From Archaeoglobus sp. JdFR-37 (lineage in GTDB: Archaea; Halobacteriota; Archaeoglobi; Archaeoglobales; Archaeoglobaceae), in assembly GCA_002010215.1 (NCBI GenBank), contig MTMY01000027.1, positions 1 through 49,917 of the forward strand: a stretch of 49,917 nucleotides of DNA. The letters run 5' to 3'. Of this stretch, positions 19,579-28,476 are shown in pieces. The notes under the pieces are model-generated. The model saw nothing but the letters and a program-made list of their open reading frames with translations. It had not been told where the DNA came from and searched no databases. The number at the start of each line of letters is the position of its first letter. Positions within the stretch are counted from its first letter, which is position 1. The translations under genes were made by a program, and so were the position numbers.

Positions 19579-19821
19579 ATGCTTTGGCTAACTTTCCATC
19601 TGGCATTTGTTATACTTCTCAACATTCCTTTTGGATACTGGAGAGCTGGAACAAAGAAGTTCTCTAAGGAGTGGTTTCTTGCCATTCACCTTCCTGTACC
19701 ATTTGTTTTTCTTGTTAGAGTTCTCTCAGGGTATCCTCTCTCTTATATTCCCCTATTTTTCGTAGCGTTTTTTGTAGGACAGTATGCTGGAAAGGTTCTG
19801 AGGAAGTTAAATGGAGCATGA
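19579..19821 (+). CDS. Small membrane protein, unknown function
   Basis: [27 protein letters not shown] pattern; ATG 19579 about 25 nt after a TTATAT box. Confidence 0.7.
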   Translation: MLWLTFHLAFVILLNIPFGYWRAGTKKFSKEWFLAIHLPVPFVFLVRVLSGYPLSYIPLFFVAFFVGQYAGKVLRKLNGA

Positions 19822-20427
19822 GCGTATATCTACCTCTACAACCCGTCCCCCCGGTTCTTCTTCCTTGAAAATCTGTCCTTCAAATCTGTAAACTTCGCAA
19901 TCCTTCAGTAACCATGAATCTGGGGGTAAGCCGGCTTTCAGACATGTTTGTGTCAGAAATTCTTCCGCATCGAATCCATATTCAACTGCAACCTGAGGTA
20001 AAAGAAGACCTGATCGGTAGCCTTTTTTGACAATCAGGCCATGTCTCCCGATCTCAACATGTTCTGGTCTCTTTACAGGATCGGTCTCTATTTTATCCGG
20101 CGGTGTAAGAATTGTCACCTCAACTTCGATTTCTTTCATCTCCTCTTGTCTCACTGGGGGGAAACGTGGGTCCTCTACGGCTGCGGCGATAGCTGATTCG
20201 ATAATCGCTTCATCAAGCCTTTTGATGGGGTAGGGAAAGCCTATACAACCCCTCAGCATTCCGTGCTTGTTGAGGGTTGTAAAAACACCTCTCTTTTCAG
20301 CGAAAATGCCATCAAATCTGTCCTCAATAACCTTACCACTGGACAGATAAGTTTCTATTGCTTTTCGAGCCAGTTTTACTGCCTTCTCGCCCTCTTCCAT
20401 TGAAAGGAGTTTCATAGTCTCCACCAT
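19807..20427 (-). CDS. AMMECR1-domain protein
   Basis: GVFTTL..LRGCIG, EDPRF, GLLLPQV, KAGL. Confidence 0.92.
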   Translation of the reverse strand: MVETMKLLSMEEGEKAVKLARKAIETYLSSGKVIEDRFDGIFAEKRGVFTTLNKHGMLRGCIGFPYPIKRLDEAIIESAIAAAVEDPRFPPVRQEEMKEIEVEVTILTPPDKIETDPVKRPEHVEIGRHGLIVKKGYRSGLLLPQVAVEYGFDAEEFLTQTCLKAGLPPDSWLLKDCEVYRFEGQIFKEEEPGGRVVEVDIRSCSI

Positions 20428-20508
20428 CTCATCAGCCCCCCAGAGTTATTAGTCATTTCGCAGAAAATAAATTTGGGTATTTTGAAGAAATGTGAAAATG
20501 GTGGAAAG

Positions 20509-21315
20509 ATGGAGAGAGAAGAGATGGACGAAGTGGATGAAATGAATGAGGCAAAAAGCATAGGTATTGATGTGGGTGGCACCTTTACAGACATCGTGGG
20601 ATTCAATGGCGATTTTTTCCACATCGCTACATTATCGACAGCAGAGGTCATCAGCAAACCTGAAATTCTGGTGGATTTACTTGATAAGCTCCAGCCATAC
20701 AGGGTAACTTTTGGAATAGCTGCATGGGTGCGCAGAGGAAAAATTCTGAGGGCACCCAACCTCCCAGATTTCCAGAAGTTGGAAGAGCTGGCAAAATTCG
20801 AGTATAGGATGTTAAATGATGCCAACTGCTTCGCTTTCTATGCTGCCCATATCACCGGATTCCACAACGTTTTTGCAGTAACCCTTGGCACCGGTGTTGG
20901 TTCAGGAATCGTTATTAATGGAGAGCTTTACGAGGGACATGGTCTCGCTGGAGAGATCGGGCACGTTTATGCTGGTGGAAGTGAGAAGTGTGTTTGCGGT
21001 GGCGTCGGCCATCTTGAAACTTTTTTCAGCGGATGGAAAATAAAAGAAAAATTCGGAAAGGAGCTTGACAGAGCAGAACTGCTAGGATACGAGGGCTTTG
21101 ACGTGCTTTGCCGTGAAGTTGCTTCGGCGATAATGATTCTTGACCCTGAATGCGTGGCTTTTGGTGGTAGAATTTCTTCCCTGCTGGAAGATGGAGACTT
21201 TAGGATAGGGATTGGAAAATACTTGATGCCGGAATTTGAACCTGAGTTTGTGGTGATAAAGGACCCCCTTGCTGTTGCAAAGGGGGCTGCATTACTGGCA
21301 GCTTTAAGGAGGTGA
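20509..21315 (+). CDS. ROK-family sugar kinase
   Basis: GIDVGGT, NDANC, LGTGVGSG, AGEIGH, CVCGGVGHLE; start uncertain (20509-20542). Confidence 0.85.
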   Translation: MEREEMDEVDEMNEAKSIGIDVGGTFTDIVGFNGDFFHIATLSTAEVISKPEILVDLLDKLQPYRVTFGIAAWVRRGKILRAPNLPDFQKLEELAKFEYRMLNDANCFAFYAAHITGFHNVFAVTLGTGVGSGIVINGELYEGHGLAGEIGHVYAGGSEKCVCGGVGHLETFFSGWKIKEKFGKELDRAELLGYEGFDVLCREVASAIMILDPECVAFGGRISSLLEDGDFRIGIGKYLMPEFEPEFVVIKDPLAVAKGAALLAALRR

Positions 21316-21319
21316 GTGA

Positions 21320-22282
21320 ATGGGCGCTGCTAATGTTTCAAGAATGATTGAGGAGGCTGCACAGAAAATAGAGAGGATGGAGATCAGGGGAGCTGCTAGA
21401 ATAGCCAAGTTCGCTGCAGAGACCTTAAAGCTATGTGCCGAGAATGTAAAGAGCTTTAAAGAGATTAAATGGGCTGCAGAAAGGCTGCTGAAGACTAGGC
21501 CAACTGCAGTCAGCCTTTACAACGCCATAAATTTCGTTATGAGGTGTGAAAGCTTGAGAAGTGACGAAAGTGATGCAGAAAAGCTGGAGTGTGTGAAGAA
21601 GAGGGCAGACGAATTTATTGAGTGGGTGGACACAGCCCAGAAGAAAATTGGAGAAATTGGAGCAAAGAGGATAAAGAATAATGCCGTCATAATGACCCAC
21701 TGCAACTCATCTGCTGCCATTTCTATCATCAGCGAGGCATTCAGGCAGGGGAAAGTCGCTGCAGTATTTGCAACAGAATCCAGACCCCGCTTCCAGGGGC
21801 ATCTTACAGCTAAGCAGCTGAAGGAATTGGGGATTGATGTGACTCTAATAGTAGATTCCGCCGTCAGATACTTCATCGAGGATGTTGATTACGTGATCGT
21901 GGGGGCAGACACAATAACAGTGAATGGCGCGCTTATAAACAAAATTGGTACTTCTCAGATTGCTCTCGCTGCTAAGGAGGCAAGAGTTCCCTTTATAGTT
22001 GCTGCTGAGACCTATAAATTTAGCCCAAAAACTCTGCTGGGTGAGCTGGTTGAGATTGAAGAGAGGAGTGGTGAGGAAGTTGCTCCAAGGGAGCTTCTGG
22101 AGATGGGAATTAAGGTGAGAAACCCCGCCTTCGATGCCACTCCTAGAGACTACATAGATCTGATAATAACAGAAGTGGGTGCCATACCTCCAGAAATGGC
22201 GTATCTGATCATCAGGGACAGGTTAGGATATGCAGAACTATGGGAAGATGAAATAAAGCTGTCACCACATCATTTCGACTGA
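21320..22282 (+). CDS. Ribose-1,5-bisphosphate isomerase (eIF2B-like family)
   Basis: MEIRGAARIA, TRPTAVSL, THCNS, ESRP..QG, VGAD, NKIGT, NPAFD.TP. Confidence 0.88.
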   Translation: MGAANVSRMIEEAAQKIERMEIRGAARIAKFAAETLKLCAENVKSFKEIKWAAERLLKTRPTAVSLYNAINFVMRCESLRSDESDAEKLECVKKRADEFIEWVDTAQKKIGEIGAKRIKNNAVIMTHCNSSAAISIISEAFRQGKVAAVFATESRPRFQGHLTAKQLKELGIDVTLIVDSAVRYFIEDVDYVIVGADTITVNGALINKIGTSQIALAAKEARVPFIVAAETYKFSPKTLLGELVEIEERSGEEVAPRELLEMGIKVRNPAFDATPRDYIDLIITEVGAIPPEMAYLIIRDRLGYAELWEDEIKLSPHHFD

Positions 22283-23511
22283 AATCGCTGATAACGCCTG
22301 TATACATAATTTTTCAGCCTTAGAGGGTCCGAAAAGTAGAATATGCTCCCTCTTCCAGCTTCCCTCACCATCATCTGACAGAGCTCCAGAAATCTGGCAT
22401 TTCTGCCCAGCATGAGTATGTGGAGATAGGCATCAACGTCCCTCAGCTTCTTGGCTTCCATCAGAGCACAGCGCCAGGGACTGAGGTATGGATTGTAGCT
22501 GGAGGTAGGCTCACCGTCTGTAATCAGAAATACGACGCCCCTGCCATCACAACCCCTCAGCTCCCTACGGGCTTTTCTCAAGGCGAGCCCGATATCAGTT
22601 CTGCCTTTCGCATCCAGATTTGGCAGATCTCCTTCTCTTATCCTTTCAGCTCTGTGATTAAAGGCTATTGTTACCAGCTCATCCATGCTCCCTTTTCTTA
22701 TCGCCCTCTTTAAGGCCAAAGCCGCCTCTATCGCTCCAATTATTTTGCGACCTCTCATGGAGTCGCTTGTGTCTATCAGCATCACGTAATTTCTCTTCCC
22801 GCTCTTTTTGGGTTTTCTGACCACTATATCTGACTCCTCCAGATCAAAGTTCTTCTTGGCAATTTTTATCAGCGTTTCTTGGATATCTATCATGTCAAAG
22901 GTATGCATCATCGCATCGTAATCTGTGATTTCGTAACCCGGGAATGGAGACAGGCCAGCTCTCTCTTCTTCATGTTCTCCAATGCCTTTCTCCTCCATGT
23001 CTTCAACTGCCCTAGCAAGAACCTTCTCACCGATCATTCCCTCTGCAACAGAGCTGAACACTACTTTTTTGCGGTGAATTTTTTTGATGACTCCCTCTAT
23101 GTAGCCCATCTCTATCAGATCCCGGAGAATTTCCTCGTAAAGGTTGTCAACAAGCTCACTGATGCTTATGTCATCAATACTGAGCTTTCCCTCAGAAAGC
23201 ATCTCTTTGATTTCTTCCCAGACCTCTTTTCTCGCCTCTTTGTACTCCTCAAACTTGTCCATCCATAGAGATTCAGCATATCCAAAAGTCTTCACCATGT
23301 CATTGAAAATGGCTGAAAAAACATCGAAGTTCTCAAGAAGCTCCTTATCCTTTATCTTGCTCTTAAGAAACTCTTGAACATCAAATTTGCCAGTGTCTCT
23401 GTGGTAGGGATTGAAGATAGAGTAAAGGAGGTCGGATACAAACTTCTCATCAAAAAAATCTTCTTTGCAGGCTATGCACTCAGGCTTTGCATTCATAAAC
23501 TCCATCTCCAA
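22270..23511 (-). CDS. von Willebrand factor A domain protein
   Basis: MIDAS DTSDS, RTDIGLAL, LITDGEP; overlaps the AAA gene. Confidence 0.85.
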   Translation of the reverse strand: MEMEFMNAKPECIACKEDFFDEKFVSDLLYSIFNPYHRDTGKFDVQEFLKSKIKDKELLENFDVFSAIFNDMVKTFGYAESLWMDKFEEYKEARKEVWEEIKEMLSEGKLSIDDISISELVDNLYEEILRDLIEMGYIEGVIKKIHRKKVVFSSVAEGMIGEKVLARAVEDMEEKGIGEHEEERAGLSPFPGYEITDYDAMMHTFDMIDIQETLIKIAKKNFDLEESDIVVRKPKKSGKRNYVMLIDTSDSMRGRKIIGAIEAALALKRAIRKGSMDELVTIAFNHRAERIREGDLPNLDAKGRTDIGLALRKARRELRGCDGRGVVFLITDGEPTSSYNPYLSPWRCALMEAKKLRDVDAYLHILMLGRNARFLELCQMMVREAGRGSIFYFSDPLRLKNYVYRRYQRFQSK

Positions 23512-24895
23512 TCCTTTCCACCAGCCCGGTGCATCTGGATATTGCCTCTAGGATTATCTCAAAAGCTGATTCTACTTGATTTGGAGTTTTACTGAGTATT
23601 ATGACCTGTTTCCAGATATTGGTGAATTCTCTAGGGTTATCCTCATAAACACTTATTTCCCCCGCCTCACTGAGTTCCTCCATCATGGGCGGGAATTCAT
23701 CCGGAAGTATTCCCGAATAGATTTCGCCGCACGTCCTGTTCACGGCCTCTTCCACTAGCCTCTCAATAACCTCATCCTTGCTGATACCATCTTCATAATC
23801 CAGTTCCATCCTGCTCCTCAGTCCAAGTTTCATAACCTCAAATTTCTTACCGTAGTCAGAAAGCATGACTGCTTTCCTACCTTTTCTGGTTGCTGCCGCT
23901 CTGACGTGGTCGAACAGCTTTATTGTGGCCCTGCATGATGGCTCAACTTCAATACGTGCAGCATAACGGCACTTATCCTTCATTCTGCCGTACCTAACAG
24001 TCCTAGCAATTATCTTAAGGTGCCACTCTGGAAGCTCTGCTCCGTCTTTGAGGGACATGTTTTTCAGCCCTATCTGAATCTCCTCTTCCAGTGATTCTGG
24101 CGGGCCTATCGGAACAGCCTCCATTCTATCCATCAGAGGCTCTTTGATGTCTGAAGTGCCCCTATAGTTTGCCGGGTTGGTGGAGGCTATGAATAAGGCG
24201 TCGATTCGAAGCGGTACGATGTCCCCTTCGGGCGTTGTTATCTGCTTCTCCTCAATAAGCTCATGGAGCATGGTTTGAAGTGCAGAAGGAATTGAGCCGA
24301 GCTCATCAAAGTAAGCTATGCCTCTGTTGGCCTTCAGAACCCTGCCTGGTGTGAAAACTTCCGGATGGTCAAGTTCGTACCCCTCTTTTATTTTCTGAAT
24401 GCTTATCCCGCCTATCAGCTGGCGAGTGGTCATCATGGGGTCGCCAGGCACCCTTATCCACTTTCTGGGCACCCAGGTTAGCTCAACAACTTCGTCTTCC
24501 ATGACTTTTTTCTTGCAGGAGAAGCATGCTGGTTTAACCGGATCATCGTGGATTCTGCAGCCTTTTATGGCGAGAAGCTTCTCTGGAAGAAGCTTGAGGA
24601 TGGATTTGGAAAAAGTTGTCTTGCCATATCCCTTCTTACCAACAAAAAGAACGCTTGAAGCGCTCAGAAGGGCGTTTTTCACCATCTCCTTCTCCACAGC
24701 TTTCCCCACTATCTCGTGGAATGGGTCCAGCCCCTCCTTGTCATATTCAAGAATCTTCTCCTTTACGTATTCAGAAATGCTTTTTGAGTGATGCAACTCG
24801 TAGGGTTCAGACCAGATATCTATCTCCACACCATCGAGCACGTATTTGGGTGCATCTGAAGGTTTTACAATTACATCCTCGAATATGTAATCCAT
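23480..24895 (-). CDS. AAA+ ATPase, Mg-chelatase/MoxR-like
   Basis: GKKGYGKT, PG.VLKANRGIAYFDE, STNP, EPLMDR. Confidence 0.87.
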   Translation of the reverse strand: MDYIFEDVIVKPSDAPKYVLDGVEIDIWSEPYELHHSKSISEYVKEKILEYDKEGLDPFHEIVGKAVEKEMVKNALLSASSVLFVGKKGYGKTTFSKSILKLLPEKLLAIKGCRIHDDPVKPACFSCKKKVMEDEVVELTWVPRKWIRVPGDPMMTTRQLIGGISIQKIKEGYELDHPEVFTPGRVLKANRGIAYFDELGSIPSALQTMLHELIEEKQITTPEGDIVPLRIDALFIASTNPANYRGTSDIKEPLMDRMEAVPIGPPESLEEEIQIGLKNMSLKDGAELPEWHLKIIARTVRYGRMKDKCRYAARIEVEPSCRATIKLFDHVRAAATRKGRKAVMLSDYGKKFEVMKLGLRSRMELDYEDGISKDEVIERLVEEAVNRTCGEIYSGILPDEFPPMMEELSEAGEISVYEDNPREFTNIWKQVIILSKTPNQVESAFEIILEAISRCTGLVERIGDGVYECKA

Positions 24896-25073
24896 TGTAC
24901 ACTATTAAGCATGTATCTATTTCTCATTTTTGGTTGTATTATTTTGAAGTCTAAACTGCATAGATTTTTGCCCCCATCGAAATGGAACTGTTAATAAGGA
25001 TTAACAAGTGTTAATAGGTCCCGAAGTATCCAGAATTTAGGTTAAAACTTTGGGTTAAACTCAACCAGGAGGG

Positions 25074-25481
25074 TTGAAGATGATTAGAGAGATAACAGTT
25101 GAACTGGGGATGGATGAAATGGCTGATATAACTGATGAGGTGAGAGAATTCGTTAGAGAGAGTGGTAAGGAAAACGGAGCGGTGCTGATCTTCAGCATCG
25201 GTTCAACCGGCGCCATAACTACAATCGAATATGAGCCGGGGCTGAAAAAGGACTTTCCTCGCATTATGAACAAAATTGCTCCATACGGTGAGGATTACGA
25301 GCATCACAAGACGTGGAACGATGACAATGGCTCAAGTCACGTAAAGGCAAGCATAGTTGGGCCAAGCCTTGTTGTGCCTTTCAGCAACGGAGAGCTGATG
25401 CTGGGAACCTGGCAGCAGATAGCTGTGGTGAATTTTGATACCAGAAAAAGAAAGAGGAGGGTTGTATTGCAGATATTGTGA
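25074..25481 (+). CDS. yjbQ: YjbQ/UPF0047 family protein
   Basis: GSTGAITTIEYE, NGSSHVKAS, LGTWQ; GGAGG RBS. Confidence 0.9.
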   Translation: MKMIREITVELGMDEMADITDEVREFVRESGKENGAVLIFSIGSTGAITTIEYEPGLKKDFPRIMNKIAPYGEDYEHHKTWNDDNGSSHVKASIVGPSLVVPFSNGELMLGTWQQIAVVNFDTRKRKRRVVLQIL

Positions 25482-25722
25482 TGTGCCTGTGAGTGCTTTT
25501 AACCCTTTATAATCCAATTTCCGAGAATTGTTCAATCCTGCACTTGGGATGTGAATCGGGATTTGAAATAATTTAAGACAATTTAGGATATACCATGACA
25601 GGGTCTGGTGAGAATTATATCAGAAAAACTAATTCCGAAGAAATAATTCGGAAATCAATTCAGGGACTCACCCCATCCCAGTAGGGAAACATTTAAATTT
25701 GAGGTTTCAGCGGATTGTGTTA

Positions 25723-25965
25723 ATGAAAATAATCAGGTGCCCGGCTTGTGGTGAGGAGATAGAGCTCAGGGACCTCTACGAGGGTATGGAGGCAAGTTGC
25801 GAGTTCTGTGGAGCAGTGATGATATTTCAGGAGGGCAAATTCCTTTTCCTCGAGACTAATGAGGAATTTGAGATAGAGGATTTAGAGGAGGATTTTGAGG
25901 AAGAGGACGAATTCGGGTTTGATGACGAAGAAGAGGAAGGTTATTTCGAGGATGAATCAATTTGA
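25723..25965 (+). CDS. Zn-ribbon protein (LysW-like N-terminus) with acidic tail
   Basis: CPACG...CEFCG; 23 of the last 37 residues are D/E. Confidence 0.75.
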   Translation: MKIIRCPACGEEIELRDLYEGMEASCEFCGAVMIFQEGKFLFLETNEEFEIEDLEEDFEEEDEFGFDDEEEEGYFEDESI

Positions 25966-26107
25966 AACTTTTTATTGTACTTTATAAACTTTATAAATAG
26001 GCTATGTTCATACTGGAATTTGAAGCATCGTCGGACGAATGATTAAAATTGAGAGACTCCAGAGACCTACACCGTCATTTTTCAGTATTTGAAGTGGGGG
26101 GAGTGGA

Positions 26108-26845
26108 GTGAGAATTGATGGAGTTGGCGGACTTGAGGGAGTTGAGAAGGAAGTAAAAGAAGTATTTGATGAGAACTTTATTAACAGGATAAAACGTCTG
26201 AAAAAAACCTGGAACATATTCAACCCAATATTCTATCTGGTTTTCACACGTCTTGTTGAGGTATCCAGTATAATAAATGACGTGGTTTTGCCAACGGATG
26301 ATGACGTGAAGGAGATGTTTCGGACTCGCATGGAGTTCCTGCAACTCGATTACCAGACCATAAACGAGACCCTCCGCAAAATATGGGTTTTTGAACTGAG
26401 AAGAGGTGAAGGATACAAGTTCAGCCAGAGTGTTGAGGAGCTAATGTATGTTGTTCACAGAATGAAGGATATTCAGGAGAAGATTGATAGTATAATTCTG
26501 AGCAACATAACAAAATGGTCAAAGGAGGAGCTTTTAAACATCTATTTTGTGATTCTTAAAACTTTGCTGGAAATGGAGGAAGAAGTATCCCGAGAAGTAG
26601 AGAGAGAAATCAGATATGAAACTCTGGAAAAAGTGGCAGCTTCAATGAATCTGGATAAGGTCCTCCAAGCGATATATGGCTTAGTAATGGAATATCCGGA
26701 AGATAAAAGAATAATTGCAGTGAGATTGCTGGAGTCTGAATCTTTGGAAATGCCCAGAGAAGTTGGAGAAGTTTTCTCAGCTCTTCCAAAGTTTCAGAAG
26801 CAGTTCATAGTTTCATCAATTAAATCAATATTCCAAGCTGAGTGA
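26108..26845 (+). CDS. Hypothetical alpha-helical protein
   Basis: 245-aa ORF with normal composition; no motif recognised; start uncertain. Confidence 0.7.
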   Translation: MRIDGVGGLEGVEKEVKEVFDENFINRIKRLKKTWNIFNPIFYLVFTRLVEVSSIINDVVLPTDDDVKEMFRTRMEFLQLDYQTINETLRKIWVFELRRGEGYKFSQSVEELMYVVHRMKDIQEKIDSIILSNITKWSKEELLNIYFVILKTLLEMEEEVSREVEREIRYETLEKVAASMNLDKVLQAIYGLVMEYPEDKRIIAVRLLESESLEMPREVGEVFSALPKFQKQFIVSSIKSIFQAE

Positions 26846-27021
26846 GGATAAAGTATAAAGTAGCTATCTTCAAACACAGAGAAAGTGAGAACCCGTCGTA
26901 ACAAACTCTGGTGTGAGAACCACACTATAACTGTATTAGAATCGTACTTGTACTGTATCTGTACTGTATCCGCAGAAGAGTAATAAAAAAATCAGAGAAC
27001 CAAATTTAAGTCATTTTAAAG

Positions 27022-27414
27022 TCATTTTATACAAACTACAGGCCTCTCAGCATGGAGAATCACATGCTGAGCTACACTACCAAAAAGCAGTTTTCCCGCA
27101 GGTCTGCGCTTTCTGACCCCTATAATAATCATGGATGCTCCAACTTCGTCTGCGAACTCAATTATGTCGTCTCCAGGCTCTTTACCTCTTACCAAGAGGT
27201 GCGTCTCATATTCAACTCCTTCCTTCTCGGCTCCATCCGCAGCTCTGGCAAGAAGTTCTTCTCCTTTCTGGACATCTTCTTCAGTCGTTCTGTCCCCACC
27301 AAACAGGGAGTGGATAAAGAGTAATTTTTCATTTCTCAGCTTGGCTTCCTCTACAGCAAATTTTATTATCCTCTCAGTCCGCTCAGACTCATCTATCGCC
27401 ACCACAATGCCCAT
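27022..27414 (-). CDS. Universal stress protein (UspA family)
   Basis: IVVAID, IIIGVRKR..GKLLFGSVAQHVILHA.RPVVCIK. Confidence 0.92.
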   Translation of the reverse strand: MGIVVAIDESERTERIIKFAVEEAKLRNEKLLFIHSLFGGDRTTEEDVQKGEELLARAADGAEKEGVEYETHLLVRGKEPGDDIIEFADEVGASMIIIGVRKRRPAGKLLFGSVAQHVILHAERPVVCIK

Positions 27415-27571
27415 AATTCGACCTCCCTTCCCTTGTTTGTTTCTATCAAAATCAAGTCTTCTTTATATATTAATCATTCTGTTTGAAGTCTGAGGCTAGG
27501 CTGAATTTGATACCAATAGATACAGCAATTGCCTGAATCAAGAATACATGTTCGTCGAAGCTTAGGCAAAC

Positions 27572-27579
27572 TTTTTAAG
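27572..27579 (+). promoter_or_regulatory. TATA box of the por operon
   Basis: CAAAC-TTTTTAAG BRE/TATA-like element about 30 nt before the GGAGG RBS. Confidence 0.55.
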
Positions 27580-27621
27580 CATGATTATTAATTGCTGGAA
27601 AAAGCTCGGGAGGGATCAGAT

Positions 27622-28185
27622 ATTCTGATAGAGGTTAGGTTTCACGGAAGGGGTGGCCAGGGGGCTGTAACGGCTGCAGACCTTCTTGCAGTGGCAGGCT
27701 TCAAGGAAGGATATTACACTCTCTCATTTCCCACGTTCGGTGCTGAGAAAAGAGGAACACCAGTTGCATCTTTTCTAAGGATCTCCGATAAACCTATCGT
27801 TCAGAGAGACGAAGTTTACAATCCCGATTATGTGGTAGTGATGGACCCTTCGCTTATTGGCGTTGTTGACGTTCTGGCAGGGATTAAAAAAGATGGGATG
27901 CTGATAGCCAACTACCCCAAAGGGAGTGAGGATTTGAAGAGACACCTGAATACTGATGTGAAAGTCTACTCCATAAATGCAACAAAAATGGCCATGGAAC
28001 ACCTTGGAAGGCCAATCACCAACACCGCAATGGTGGGAGCTTTAGTAGGTGCAACCAACATCGTAAAGCTCGAAACCCTTAAGGGAACAATTAAGGAATG
28101 GTTTGAAGATGAGAGCCTAGCAGAGAAAAACATCAAACTGGTTGAAGAAGCGTATCAGTACATGAAGGAGGTTTGTAAATGGTGA
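27622..28185 (+). CDS. porG: Pyruvate/2-oxoacid:ferredoxin oxidoreductase gamma subunit (probable ATT start; track start 27592)
   Basis: EVRFHGRGGQGAVT, FGAEKRG.PV, NTAMVGA. Confidence 0.9.
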   Translation: MLIEVRFHGRGGQGAVTAADLLAVAGFKEGYYTLSFPTFGAEKRGTPVASFLRISDKPIVQRDEVYNPDYVVVMDPSLIGVVDVLAGIKKDGMLIANYPKGSEDLKRHLNTDVKVYSINATKMAMEHLGRPITNTAMVGALVGATNIVKLETLKGTIKEWFEDESLAEKNIKLVEEAYQYMKEVCKW

Positions 28186-28475
28186 AGGTTAAGATTGGGC
28201 TTGGCGGAGTAACCGAGCCCCTGGTGTCGAAGAATATGAAAACCGGGGACTGGGGTACCGAATACCCGGTGGTTGATGAGGAGAAGTGTACTGCATGCAA
28301 GAACTGCGAGATTTATTGCCCTGACGGCTGCATCAAGGTAGTGGAGAAAGAGGGCAAGAAGGTGGCTGTACCGGATTACGACTACTGCAAAGGCTGTTGG
28401 GTATGCTTCACAGTCTGTCCCGCTGATGCCATAAAGATGGAGGTTAAGGAGCTGTATAAGGTAGAGGTGTGCTGA
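28179..28475 (+). CDS. porD: Pyruvate:ferredoxin oxidoreductase delta subunit
   Basis: KTGDW, CTACKNCEIYCP, DYDYCKGCWVCFTVCP. Confidence 0.92.
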   Translation: MVKVKIGLGGVTEPLVSKNMKTGDWGTEYPVVDEEKCTACKNCEIYCPDGCIKVVEKEGKKVAVPDYDYCKGCWVCFTVCPADAIKMEVKELYKVEVC

Positions 28476-28476
28476 T

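Noticed and set aside
26895..26904. GTCGTAACAA, identical to a conserved 16S rRNA 3' segment (possible guide RNA)
   Set aside because: The complementary strand has no C (RTGATGA) or D (CTGA) boxes around it, and 10 nt can match by chance.
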